64,000 nt of DNA. Origin: Moniliella sp. 'wahieum'. Its lineage: Eukaryota. Position numbers and translations under genes: made by a program. Shown piece after piece: positions 48,867-60,720 of this stretch. The stretch spans positions 124,001 to 188,000 of the forward strand of contig RSEE01000114.1 of assembly GCA_003971905.1 (NCBI GenBank), written 5' to 3'. The notes beneath the pieces were generated by a model that saw nothing but the letters and a program-made list of their open reading frames with translations, was not told the DNA's origin and did no database searches. How positions within the stretch are numbered: the stretch's first letter is position 1; the number at the start of each line of letters is the position of its first letter.

Positions 48867-51800
48867 GCAGATGGGGGGGGGGCAGAAATTGAACCCAAAC
48901 CCGGGTGAAAATGCATTCATTCTGCGCCATATGATGCCTGGTTTCTCATCTAGATGAAATCGTATACACACACACGCTGCGTGGTCATAATACGAAAGGA
49001 CATGGGTGATGGGACGCACACGCTCAGTCCCCTTGTCCCCCTTGCCTGATGGGTTATATATCAAGACTAGGCTAGCTCTCTAAACGTACGTTGAACAGCT
49101 CAACATGTACTCCGTTGTGTCAAAACGGTGGGTGTGTTCCCTTCGATCTATACGCAACCTAGATTGAGTCTCCCACAGGGATGGTCCGCCTGCAGTGGCT
49201 TAACCTTGATCCATGTTTTTACTTTTATCCTGCTTCGATTTATTTCTACTGCTTTGCTATACATACATTCATAATGCTTACAGAGCGTAAGGCTCCGGGA
49301 CAAAGAGGCGCTGCGACTAACCGGCTCGGGAATCCGGCGTGTATAGTTCGTGCCACACCAATTAGGAAACCAGTGCAGCGACCGTGGGAAGCTATGCTAT
49401 CAGCCATTGTCCGAGAGTTGAGTTGCCCACACGTGACAGGATCTGTCGGAAACTGTCATTATACATGTTTTTTCGTCCCTCAACCATCCCCGCTAGAGTG
49501 GAAAAGATCTACCTATAGGCTGGTCTTGCTCGTTTCGGCGGCCGAATTCGCGACCTTGTCGCTTAAGCCGACGCCCCCATTGTCAGATTCGCCCTTATTG
49601 ATACTGAGATAGTAGTCCCTCAACGGAGAAGCGCTGGAGGGCGTGATATGCGAGCCCAGCGACACCGATGCTATATTAGTTGGTCTCTATTATATGATAA
49701 CTATGCACCTCCGCGCCCCCATTCACCTCGACATATGGGCACAGACCACTTGTGGAAAGTGAGACCATGTTGTGCAACACCGTGACCAACCTCTTTGGCC
49801 AGGAGGCTGGCCACTCTCATTGGTAACCAGGGGACCAAACCCTCAGCGGTGACCATGCAGCTACCATCTTGGGCAGGCACAGCAACAGTGACCACTAAGT
49901 GACGACCTTCCCTTCGGCAAAGGGAGCCCCATTCTCCTCATTGCTCTGCACTCCAATAGCCACGTCCCATACCCCCGAAGGACAGGATCTTGATCTTCCA
50001 TGGCTAAGTAGTAGCGCGGCAAACATGGACGCCGTATGTGACGCAGGACCCTCTTCTGAATCGGCTTCAGTGGGCATGACGAGGACAGAACCGACTAAGA
50101 TGCGTTGTCTTGCCGCACACATAGCAAAACTGCTGAGATTTACTGCTGGGCGCCTTCCCCGACGATTTGGCTGGGACAGCCAACATCTGCGAAAGAGGGA
50201 TGAGTGGGCTTCACAACCTATTTTCCAGCTAACTGGGGATGGAGGTGGTAAAGCCATAGCATTCACTGCATAGCTCCCGCAAGAGCCATGCTCTCATCAG
50301 TCCAGGAATGGAGAAGAGATGAGAACACTGTCGATGCATTTTTGCCACTGGTCGTATATCACCAGTGCAGCATGCAATTAATCCACACAACTGCATAACT
50401 ACGCACCCATTTCAGTGACACTATCATAACATCTTTCGATTTGTGGTGCTGCTGATCTCGCAGTAATCCTTGATCCTCTCGCCATATCATAATCTCCGGG
50501 AGTTCTTTGCATGTCAACGGCTTGTCTGTCACAATCAGGGCTAAGGCGAGGGAGACCAGAATCGGGACGAAGACAAGGGGTGTAGCAAACGTTCGGGGGA
50601 AAGAAGTAAGAACAGAGGCCATCGCGCGAAGTGGGAGACACAAGGAAACAGCGAGACACCTGAGACGAAGAAATCGAAAATGGGAGCGATATCAGCCAAA
50701 CTATGACACCATCCATGACTTCCCGAAGTCCTTGATGTCCTTTCCTTCCATCCATGATGTCGTCGGAGTTCTTGATATTTTTCCCATCTTGATGTTAATC
50801 TCCCAAATTAACTGTCTAGCATTCCTTGAAATGCCTTGCATTTTCTTGGGCAGTCTGGATATCGCCGAACAACTCAATACCGTGGGTAAACCGTTCCCTT
50901 CTTCGACTTCAGCGGGATGGGTCCCGGCCGGCGAAATCGTCGATGATCCTGTTATCACTAATGGGAGTGGGGTCTGTGGAGTTATATTAACTTCGCTTGG
51001 CTTGTCACTAGCATCCGTTCGGATAGGCCAACAGTATCCGGCCCATGAATAAATCCTGAAGGCGTTGTGCTGATCAATTGGGTGCTACATCGGTTACGGA
51101 TGCCAATTGGCACTACAGCGACACTGTTTTTATTTCTTCTTCTCCCTTCATGAGAGTGCAGGTATGCAGTGATTGTTAGGACTTTACCACCTCCAACGCC
51201 AGTTAGCTGCACAATAGAAGAAGTCGTCGTTCCCTATAGGAAAAAGCTCCCTAACACATGGACCCAGTCACAGTCCGGTCGGAATTCTAATTGATATTCA
51301 ACGATCACTCTGAGTTGTGTTTGTACAGATTAGACAATTTCATTCGTACCACGCAATTCTTACCTCATGCTACTTTTGTCCATTGGTGACACTGGGGAAA
51401 ACCCTCACCTCTCGTTTGCCCCAGTTCCGCTTGAACGTCCCGAACCTCCTTTGCTGGTCCCTCTTTTTTTTGTCAGTGACATAGGGTATCTTTTCATATA
51501 CATTCCCCCTGTTTGATTACCGAAAGTGCCCAATGGGGCATTGTTTTTGTGCAAGTACGTTGCTTTATGATCATTCTTGTGCCGTCATCTTTTTCTTCCG
51601 AGTCTTGTATCAACTACCATGATTGTTAAGACTCGGCTCCCCTTTTTCGAGATGCGCTTCAGGTTTACGTCGATATCTTCATCTACTCCACGTACAGCCG
51701 CCCCCCAACCGAGCGAATCAGAATCAAAGAGGGCAACAGAGAATATATGAGGTTGACAACACCGGGTCGTGCCTTACAACATGAATATGCACCTCTGCCC

Positions 51801-54800
51801 CACATCAACTTTGACACCTGACCTAGTATGGAAGATGCAATCAAGTACATCTACAATTACGTCTCCAACGGCCACTACGTCACCGGAGATAATCAGAGGA
51901 ACAATCTAACCAATTCGAAGAGAACCGGGCGCATGAATTTGTTCGCTTCTTATACTCTGGGCAGTAGCGGGGGGTACGTCAACAACTTACTCGAGCGAGT
52001 ACTACGCCTCTCAAAAGCGGAAGCGGGACGATGTTAAAGTCTTCCACGATGAAAAAAGAACCTCTCTTCTAATATCAGGGTTTCCTACGTTTACCGGCGG
52101 ACCTCTCCTACAAGATCATACTGGATTATTCAAGGTAGCAACGACTGCCGCATCTCCGGCCGTTACGTTTAACCCGGCTGTTTGTCCCTCTCCGAATGCG
52201 AATAACAGGAGCTGCTTGTTCTGACATCTATTGAAGTGATAAAGGGTGTAATGAGCATATCGCATAAGTGTCGAATGTCAGCTGTGAGCTGTTCCAGTCA
52301 CCAGTTCACCCCAATGCAATGAATCCATCCACTTCCAGGGGAATCAAGGGTAACCGGGTTACAAATCGTTATTCGTTGGTCAGCACTGGATTCTTATAGT
52401 GCAGACAGCAAGTCTTTATACACACACGTTCTGACTCGGGAACAAGTCATAGCGCAAACATACGAACTGTGCCCTGGGGCTTATGTGCAAGTACTTAACA
52501 CCCTTCTTCTGAGGACCAAAGGCGTACGATAGGGTCCAAATATACACGATGAAGGCAGTCACTGCAGCCAGGAAAATTGGCAACGGGGGCCGAACTTGAG
52601 ATGATTGCCGATGCTGTTTGGGAATAATGCCAACAGCTCACTATTTCAAATGATATGTATCCCATTGTTCGCGGGTCGGCATAGCGACTCTCACGGCATA
52701 AGTATAGTGCTTTTACGGCTTCGCGCATTGTGATGTGGGCTGCAGCTTATCCTCACTCAGACTAATGGAAACTGTTCCCTGTTAATTTGAGGGGAATGCC
52801 ACCTTGGTCAAGGAAATTATTTGTGCCCCGACATTGAGCTCGGCTTGCACAAGAATCGTTGCTCGTTTCTGATAACGTACTGGCGAATGGCACACGGGAA
52901 ATTCACTAAGGAGATTATTGCATTGTTGTTGAAGCTCGTCAAGCCTCGTCAGGTTGTTCGAAGGGAAATTGTATTCGGCTTGCAACAAAGTAGGAAAATG
53001 ACTTCCGCCTCGCCTCAATCCAAGGTTGATCCTGGGGATGGTAAATATGAGCATTGCTTGAAGAGGTGCTGTGCTGTTCGTAAGAGTAAAATTAATATCC
53101 ACCTATGATGTGATTGATGCCTGGCATTTTTTGTTGCTTTGCTTCAATCTCTAGCGGTTATTAATGCTAGAGTGCCACTTGAACGTGCTAGGCAATTCAA
53201 TGGATCAGCTGAAAAGTTACTTGCAGACATGAGCCTCAAGTCTTCCTAACACAGGGGGAAGGGAAAAGATGAGTATACATATATTGAGCGAGCTCGGTGT
53301 GTGCCGCATGCCAGCGAACTAACCACCTGATTAGGCGAGCGTCACCGAAGAACTTGAGGGGTTGCAGGTCCGCCATACTGTCACTGGCTTGTCGGCACAT
53401 GTCAAAGGGTTGGTGTTTGTTGCAGTCCTCCGGCTCCTAAGGTAAATCTGATTCATCCCCGTTCCATCATGCACAGCGGATTTCAAAAAGAGGTAAAAGA
53501 TATCAGCGATGTCCGGGAGCTGACATCGGCGACGTGTTTGCATGGTTTTGAGGAAAATGATGTCAGCGACGTCGCAAAAGAGGTCGTTGATGTCAATGAT
53601 GTGCAGCGCGGGGGGCCAACTGCCGGATACATGTGAAACTTTGCATCGTTTCAAAATCCCACCCGGCCACACCGTTTAGTGTCTTTTCTGCTAGCAAATG
53701 CTACCAGAACCACCTAGTCAACACGCGTCCTTCCTATACGCGCTCACGGTAGCTGGCCAAGGGCAGGGAATCGATTTGGCGTCGCTCGGAAGGGTGTGCT
53801 CTACGGGGACATGCGTATTCAGATTAGCCAGGGGAACATCGGCAATTGGTGTGGCCAAGGTCTACTAGTCGTCAGGTAAATGGAACCTCATTTCATGTGG
53901 TTCAAAAGGCAGGCCATGCGGGACACCATTGTGCCCACTGTTAGGGGTTTGGCTCATCAGGCACCCATCCTGCGCCTAGTTCTGCTTGGGCGCCGGGAAC
54001 GCAGGGACGACTGGTGCAGCCCCGCTGAAGATAGGCTTTTGTTGGTCCTTCACATTGCTTTGACCCCGCAAACGAAAGTCATGAAAAGTCTGTTGGCTTC
54101 TCCGAGCAAACCACGCGGTTTTGCGTGTGCGATTTGTCCCAATGTCCGGAAGATTGTTGTTGGAAGTCTCCGCTCATCAGCTGACCGTCTGGCAAATAAT
54201 AAAGGCGATGTGCAGAGCCACGTCGCGTCGCGTCAGAGGCCCAGGGAAGAACTGATGCCCAGTAGCTCCCGCGATAACGGCTAGAGATAAAGGTGACCGT
54301 GCCAACATACGCGCTTGTATAGTTAGAGCACAGGCGTCTCGCTTGGCAACACATCGCGAGCCGGATGGTGAAGTGGGATTCGCGTTAATCCATCCACCCC
54401 CAGCTTGCGAGTGGAAGTCATCTGGGACATCACGCATAGTCAACGTGGGAACGGTGAAAATATATTATTTTCCCACTCCAGCGTGGAATGGTTCCAGCGT
54501 GGAACGGTGGCTAAGGTGGCGACGCAGCAATAGTTAATCTCATCATTGGCGGGACCAGTTCGGCGAGCTCTCGCCGCATACTTTTTGGTAACCACAACTG
54601 GGATGATGTTGATGACGGCAATGAACGGGTTCGTAAAGGGCGCGAACATATTGCTAGCAATCGAGCCGCGTGGTGACGTATTATTGTTTCCGACAGATCC
54701 TCAATACAGAGCCGGAGACTACAAAGGAATGCATCTTCAGGTACCAGACTTGTGTGCGCGCCGAGTTGATCGCCGCTCTGGTTTGGATCCGGACTGAGGA

Positions 54801-56234
54801 TCCGCTGTCGCTTCGGGTTCGGTAGGCGGGCCAGCCGACTGTGGGCAACGTACGTTTCAGCCTTGTCCTCCATCCACAAACATCTTCCACATCGCCATTT
54901 TGCGTGGGAGACCCAGGGGCAATCCAGAGAGGGGCTGAAGGTGCAATTCAGGGGAGGCCACGTCTGGTATATTAATGTCATATGTGGTCCGGTAGAGATG
55001 GTGGCCAGCGCTCGCCGGTTGGAACCAGCTGAGATCGTACTTGCGCGCCGGAGCGCATGGTGCACGAATGATGCCTGCTGCAGTGTCCGGTGTTGCAGCT
55101 GGGTTATTGGACGCGACCCGGTGTGCCCGGTGTGATCTTGGTGACGTCGGGCGTCCCTGTGTCGAAAAGACGAGTACGGGTATCGACGGCATCCGGTGCA
55201 TATCCAATGGCTGGCAGTGCTGGGCATTCTTGCAGCCGAAAAGAGTTGAAGCAAGAGTTGGAGGAGCTAGGGCTCCAGTCTCCAGTACCTCGGTGTCGAT
55301 ACATTGCCGGTGTACCAACGGCGAACGTTTGAATGTGCGACTCAACTTTCACTGTTGGCCTGGCTGCTTCGATCTGTCCAGGACACTACGTAGCCTTATT
55401 CGCTCACCATCGAGCGACAGTTGCCTACTGCCGGTCACGGGTGAAGACGAGCTGGCAAGCCTGACGGAGCCTATGTGCGCCTGTCGCCTTCCTATTCCCA
55501 TCCCCAGGGTGGTCATGGGGTCAGATTCAATCTGGAAACGATAGTCGCCCCGTGCCCTTATTTTAGCTTAGGTTGCCCGTACCCAAAACCGCCCTCCCTG
55601 TTTTCCGCAGTCCCCCGTTCTTCCTCTATGCTACACAGCCTTACCACACTGGCAGCTGCCTCTGCTATACGCCGAGAAGTCTTTCTTTGTCCCTAGCCCC
55701 GCTCGGACCCATCAATCAGCCCAAGTGCGTAACCACCGTGAGAGCTAGTCGACCTTAGGATCTCCAATGGATTGTACACCTTAGGCCGCAAAGCTTAATC
55801 CCCCCAGTGGGCGGCCCCCCTGGCAGCGCCCGCGCGTACACTGCCTGGTGCAGAGAATGTTGGGCGCAGCCTGTTCCCTGCAGCAACAGCACATCAGTGC
55901 TTCTTCAGTTAGGCCTCGGGCTAGCCAAATCCGGCCAGGGGCAAAAGACTTTTGCCTAGTAGTGCATTGTATGGAGCCCCCCACATGTGAGTGGCGCAAT
56001 CTGCTCTACCCCCACACTGCAACCCACACTTGACACGAGCCATCCAGGCCCCCTGGACCTGCCTCCTTCCACACACACCCCACCACCATCCCACGCCGCC
56101 GTTCCATCAGAGTAAGTGCAACAGCCGACCCAGGCAATGCTCGTGCGAGCCCCTCTCGCGGACCCAGCAATATCGCCAGTCCACAGCTCACACCCTCACC
56201 GTCAACAATAAACTAGGTCGTCAGGCAGCCGAAA

Positions 56235-57378
56235 TGGATGAGCTGTACGTGGACGAGCCTCCCCCCCGCCAATCTGGCCTCGCCCCCCCACCCGCATTCG
56301 GACGATCCCTGAAATAGCGGCATGTCACGGTGCAGGCGCGCAGGCAAATGACCCAGAAAAGATGTCGATCAAGATACCACAAGCGACGCACAAGGTCACG
56401 CCAGTGCCACTGGGTAAGAATTGTAACTCTTTAGCATGTTGGCCAGACAGCACGTTTTACTGATAGTGGTCAAGAGTCTACCGCCCTCGGGCCCTCCCCA
56501 CTAGATCCACCTTCAAGAGGGCCATAGCCAACATCATCCAGAGGCGGGCAACACTCAGCACAAGTTATTTGAATGATGAGGTGCGTTGAGCCAAACCGCT
56601 AAACCAACTACTAACAAATAACACATCGTTCAGATCCGGAGAGCCTGCACCGCTTCCGCGCAGGCTAAACGATCCAGAGGCTGGTAACGCTCAGCAAAAG
56701 CTATTTGAATGAGGTGCGTTACCAAACCCCTAAACCATCTACTAACAAATAACACAGCGTCCAGGTGCCAGAGAGCATGCACCGTATCGATCGAGGCAAC
56801 GGAAGGCGCACAACTGCAGCCTTTCAGGCTGATTTCGTGCGCCATAAGTTTCCATTCTACTTTCTCGGCCTCTCACCAAGAGCTCACTGCCGCCAAGCTG
56901 GTACGTACTGGCCCCGCCTCTTCACGCGTTGCTCTCCTCGCAATATGGCCACAATAACTTATACTTCACCCGTTCTCATCAGCGCTTCTGTTGCTACGCA
57001 CCGAACGGCATTGACTTCCAGAGGGAAATGGGACGTGTCTTACACATCACAGCTTCCCTGACCCATCTGCCCTGTGCACAGTCTTGCTCAACCGGAGTCT
57101 GAACAGCAGCAACCGCTGCAGTGGCATTTTTAGTGCCATCGCTGTCTCTTTGTCCGATCATAAGTACGTCCCCACCCCGTTGTCGTCCAGCAAGTCATCT
57201 GACTTTTTTTACTCATCGCTCCGCAAGCTATCTACTGGGCTGGACGAGTGCATGGGAGAATTTCGAGGCCATTGCGGACACGCATCTTCCGCAAGGTTAC
57301 CCTGAAAATTGCATCGCCTGGCGTGCGACCCGTGTACAATTCACCCACCACCGTCACATCGCAGTAACCCGGGCATAA
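56235..57378 (+). pseudogene. Decayed multi-intron gene of unknown family
   Basis: Four intron-like elements (56414-56466, 56581-56633, 56714-56757, and one from about 56901) with GTAAGA/GTGCGT/GTACGT donors; TACTAAC branch in two of them. No continuous frame. Confidence 0.4.
56536..56784. repeat. Diverged tandem duplication, period 136 bp
   Basis: ATCCAGAGGC..TATTTGAATGA..GGTGCGTT..CTACTAACAAATAACACA..TGCACCG occurs from 56536 and from 56672. Confidence 0.9.
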
Positions 57379-57671
57379 ATAACAGACGAGGAGGATGCAC
57401 GGGACATCAAAGGCACTGCAGTCAATCTCTTTGGCACAGAGGGCACAGATGGCGAGGACGACGACCGCACAGACGACTCTGAGACTGAAGAGTGATTTGG
57501 CGGCTATACATTCCAAAGACCTCTCAATGGCAAGCCCCCAAGTCCACATTGACCCATCGCAATGCAAAAAAGTACCCTCGAAGACGATTGCACTGCATTC
57601 GATGGTGCTAGAATAAGTAGTAGTATAAAATGCATAGGAGGATCAGATTGGTCAGATACGTCGCCCATGTG

Positions 57672-57836
57672 CACGTCAATGACGTTTCTGACGTTCAAGG
57701 GGGTGACGTCGGCGACATATCTGACGTTCAAGGGGATGACATCGAGGACATAACTGACCTGCAGGGGGATGACATCGAGGACATATCTGACGTTCAGGGT
57801 GGTGACATCGGCGACGTCACTGACCTGCAGCGAGCT
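57672..57836 (+). repeat. 33-bp tandem repeat x5 encoding D(I/V)xD(I/V)(S/T)D(V/L)QG(G/D)
   Basis: Units at 57672, 57705, 57738, 57771 and 57804, inside ORF 57630-57944. Confidence 0.92.
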
Positions 57837-57989
57837 GACAGAATTGTCTCACCCACGGCAAATTACTCCTCTGACATCCCTAAGGTCACGTCCATTTCAT
57901 TGGCAGACTTAAGAAGGCTGGGACAGGGGGAACGCTACGTCTAAACCTAACCGTTCATCTTGCGGGGTTACTTAGGGGCGCCACCAGGG

Positions 57990-59163
57990 TCAAGGAACCA
58001 GGGGGATCGCCAGGATATCAGGACCCTCCGGCTCACGCCATCCGGTCCCGTACCCTAATAGGAAGCGCGTATGGACACGGAAGAACGTGGTTGACATCCG
58101 AGCGAGAAACCATTTCCACTGAGACTTAGTAGCCAACTCCTTCCAATGCGCAAACAACTTGCTCGCCGTCTTGGTGCCGTAGTATCCTCGCGTCGTCAAA
58201 ACCAGGGGGAAAAACCGCTCTTGAGTGCGTCCCTGGTACTTGGCGTTCTTGTCGCATTCTGCTTGTTCAAGCAGCCGAAGCAGTTCCTTCTCCCAGCGTT
58301 CCAAAGGCGACGCAGTGCTCTCATGCACCACCCGTCGGTACGCGCTCTGCGCCTCCAGCGATCCCGTGTCACGCAGCGTGTGGTCTACCTCCATTCCTGA
58401 TCCTCCGAGTGCTCCGGGCCCCATCACGCGGTAATCGGTGCGCTGTGCCTTCCGTCCGCGCCTCGTCCCATCCTCCTCCTCCACCCTAGGTTCGTTGTGG
58501 ACGTGGGTGTCGGGGATGGAGCGTAGGAGCTGGAGGATGGGCTCCCGCACTGCCTCATGCAACGCACCAAACTTGGCCTGGGAGCGTGTGCAGGACATGA
58601 TGTGTTCCAGCGAGGACATGACGCCGCACTTGCACATGCTGCGCGTGGTGCGGCACAGCGTGCGGAGCTGGAGACCAACCTGGACCTGCTGGTCAGAGAG
58701 CTTGAGGTACGGGACGGACGGAATGGCGGAGAGCCAGTTGTGGCTCAGCGGGTTGCTGTGCTCAACCACATGACGACCATCGGCAGCGTCCAGCTTCTGG
58801 AGCAGCTCCTGTCGACTTTTCTCCCACATCTCGCGGCAGCGCTGGCGTTGCTTCGTAAATGCGTTGGCCTCTGCTGTTTGCGGTCCCGAACGGTCAACAT
58901 AAGTGGTAATAAGATAGTCGTTGACCTCGTTGGCCGCGGCACGGGCGTGGGGCGCGATATACGAGTAAAGCGGGCTGCCGCATCCTCCTAGCCGGAGAGG
59001 CAGGCTCATGAGCATGTCGAAGTGGCCGTCCTTGGCACCTTGGGGGTCCTCGTCGCCCCGGATCCGTCGGAACTCCGTACAGATGAAGGCATCGATCTCG
59101 GCCAGCACTTCGTCTAGCTCTCCTTCCATCTGCATGGTGCGGAGCAGGTGGCGCAGCTTGGTC
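57990..59163 (-). mobile_element. 5'-truncated non-LTR retrotransposon, CRE-like clade (RT thumb/linker, CCHC knuckle, restriction-like endonuclease)
   Basis: KLRHLLRT; SLPLRLGGCG; WLSAIP; LQLR; CKCG..EHIMSC; HEAVR; EP; RTD; EVDHT; KNAKY; FFPLVLTTRG. This is the motif order of CRE-type REL elements. RT catalytic core absent. Confidence 0.85.
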
Positions 59164-60720
59164 TTATAGCGAGATTTAGATACTGGCCAAACGAAGTACA
59201 GATTATGGCCGTGCTTTTAAACCATTTTTTCCGGGAACTTGGTTTTATCCCATACCCACCCGCAGCCGTGTTCTCAGCGATAACTAAGAAGCACACAGAC
59301 GGCCGTACGAGAATAACTCGACCGAGAGGTCGCACAGGTCGAGGACAACACACTTGGTTAAGACGGCCGAGACAGGGTTGTTTAACGTCTTTACATCTAC
59401 GCGTTTGTGCGAGAACCACAGTCCAGTGTTGACGTTGTAGAATCAATCCACAGGCCACCGAATGCTGAGGCAAGGAGAGATTGTGGGCTCAGCCGGGCTC
59501 GCCCACCTGCATTGGCCCATGACGTCACGCTCCTTTTCACAGAGCGAGTCGGCTAGTTCAAAAACACTCTCTTCTTCCCACGGATGTGTCGCGGGCATGC
59601 CACGCTCAGTACTGTTCTGTGCACACATACTATCTCCTTCTCACCTTCATCGTTGAAACACAGCCTGTTTTAAGGACGGACGCTGTACGGCGAGAGATAG
59701 GGGAGCTTTCCGCCTTTCAGTGTCCTCAGTCGATCGGCGGTATCATGTTGGAGGTGTTATTTTGAAATGGCTACATGATGGGTCGTCTGCGGGTGCTGAT
59801 AAGCCACAATGAATCGTCTCGTGAAAAAGCCAATTGTTCGCGGCAAGGGCAGCTTGCTTACTTCTTGCTCTTTCCTCCCAGTTGCGTGGCTCAAAACTTG
59901 GTGCGAATTTGACTTCCCGCGCATAGGTTCGGACGTGGACCAGATTGGGGCGAGGGAGGCAAATGGGGCTTACAGGCGCCCCGTCTCTGCCCGTGACCAC
60001 AGCCAGCCCAACGTCGCTTGGCCTGCTTATTCTCTTTGTGGGAAGAGGAATTGAAGTGCAGTATCCGTGTTACCAGGCCCTTGTCTGCGCCGTCTATGTG
60101 TTTTGTGTGGGTTCTCGACGCCTTTTGCTTGGCAAGTGCTCCTTGGCTTTCCCTTTGCCATGGGGTCGAGGGTGTGCGTCCGAGCTCGCGTTGCGAAGCT
60201 GGGAGATGGAAGGGGTCTGTACGCCGGGCCGGACAGACTCAGGCGCCGTCACACTCCCGTCCCGCTTGTAGCAAAATGCCACGGCCGACACGGGCGTTGT
60301 TGACGGTGGGCGCGCAACACAGTGTGAGAGTCATAGCTGATTGAATAGCGCTGTTAGTACGCCGTGAAGAGGATTTTGGTGTTGGCTATAAAAGACAGTG
60401 GATATAGAGTGGGCGACGGCCAACAGATGGCCGATGGTGAGAGAGAGCGGGGTGTCCTCATAGCTGAGGATGCGTGGTCGGCTGTTGAGTCCATGCCTGC
60501 GCCGGACGTGTGCGACGAGTGAGACGAGCTGAGGTTAAAGCACGTCAACGCCATCCACATCGGCGCCCCCGTGAAATCGAAGGGCGAAGGCGCGCTCAGT
60601 TGAACATTCCAAAGACCGACTGCTGACTGGACTGACGTCATCGGCGCCTGGCGGCGGCCACAACACGTGGAAGCGCGTCGGCGCCATCCTGGGCCACCCC
60701 CCCGCCCCGCCACCTCCGCA

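Noticed and set aside
57672..57836. CRISPR array (33-bp repeats; also the 16-bp repeats at 1589)
   Set aside because: Units are head-to-tail with no unique spacers, there are no cas genes, and the context is eukaryotic.
59960..59973. RNase MRP CR-V-like AAATGGGGCTTAC
   Set aside because: No complementary GAAAGTCCCC-type CR-I found upstream.
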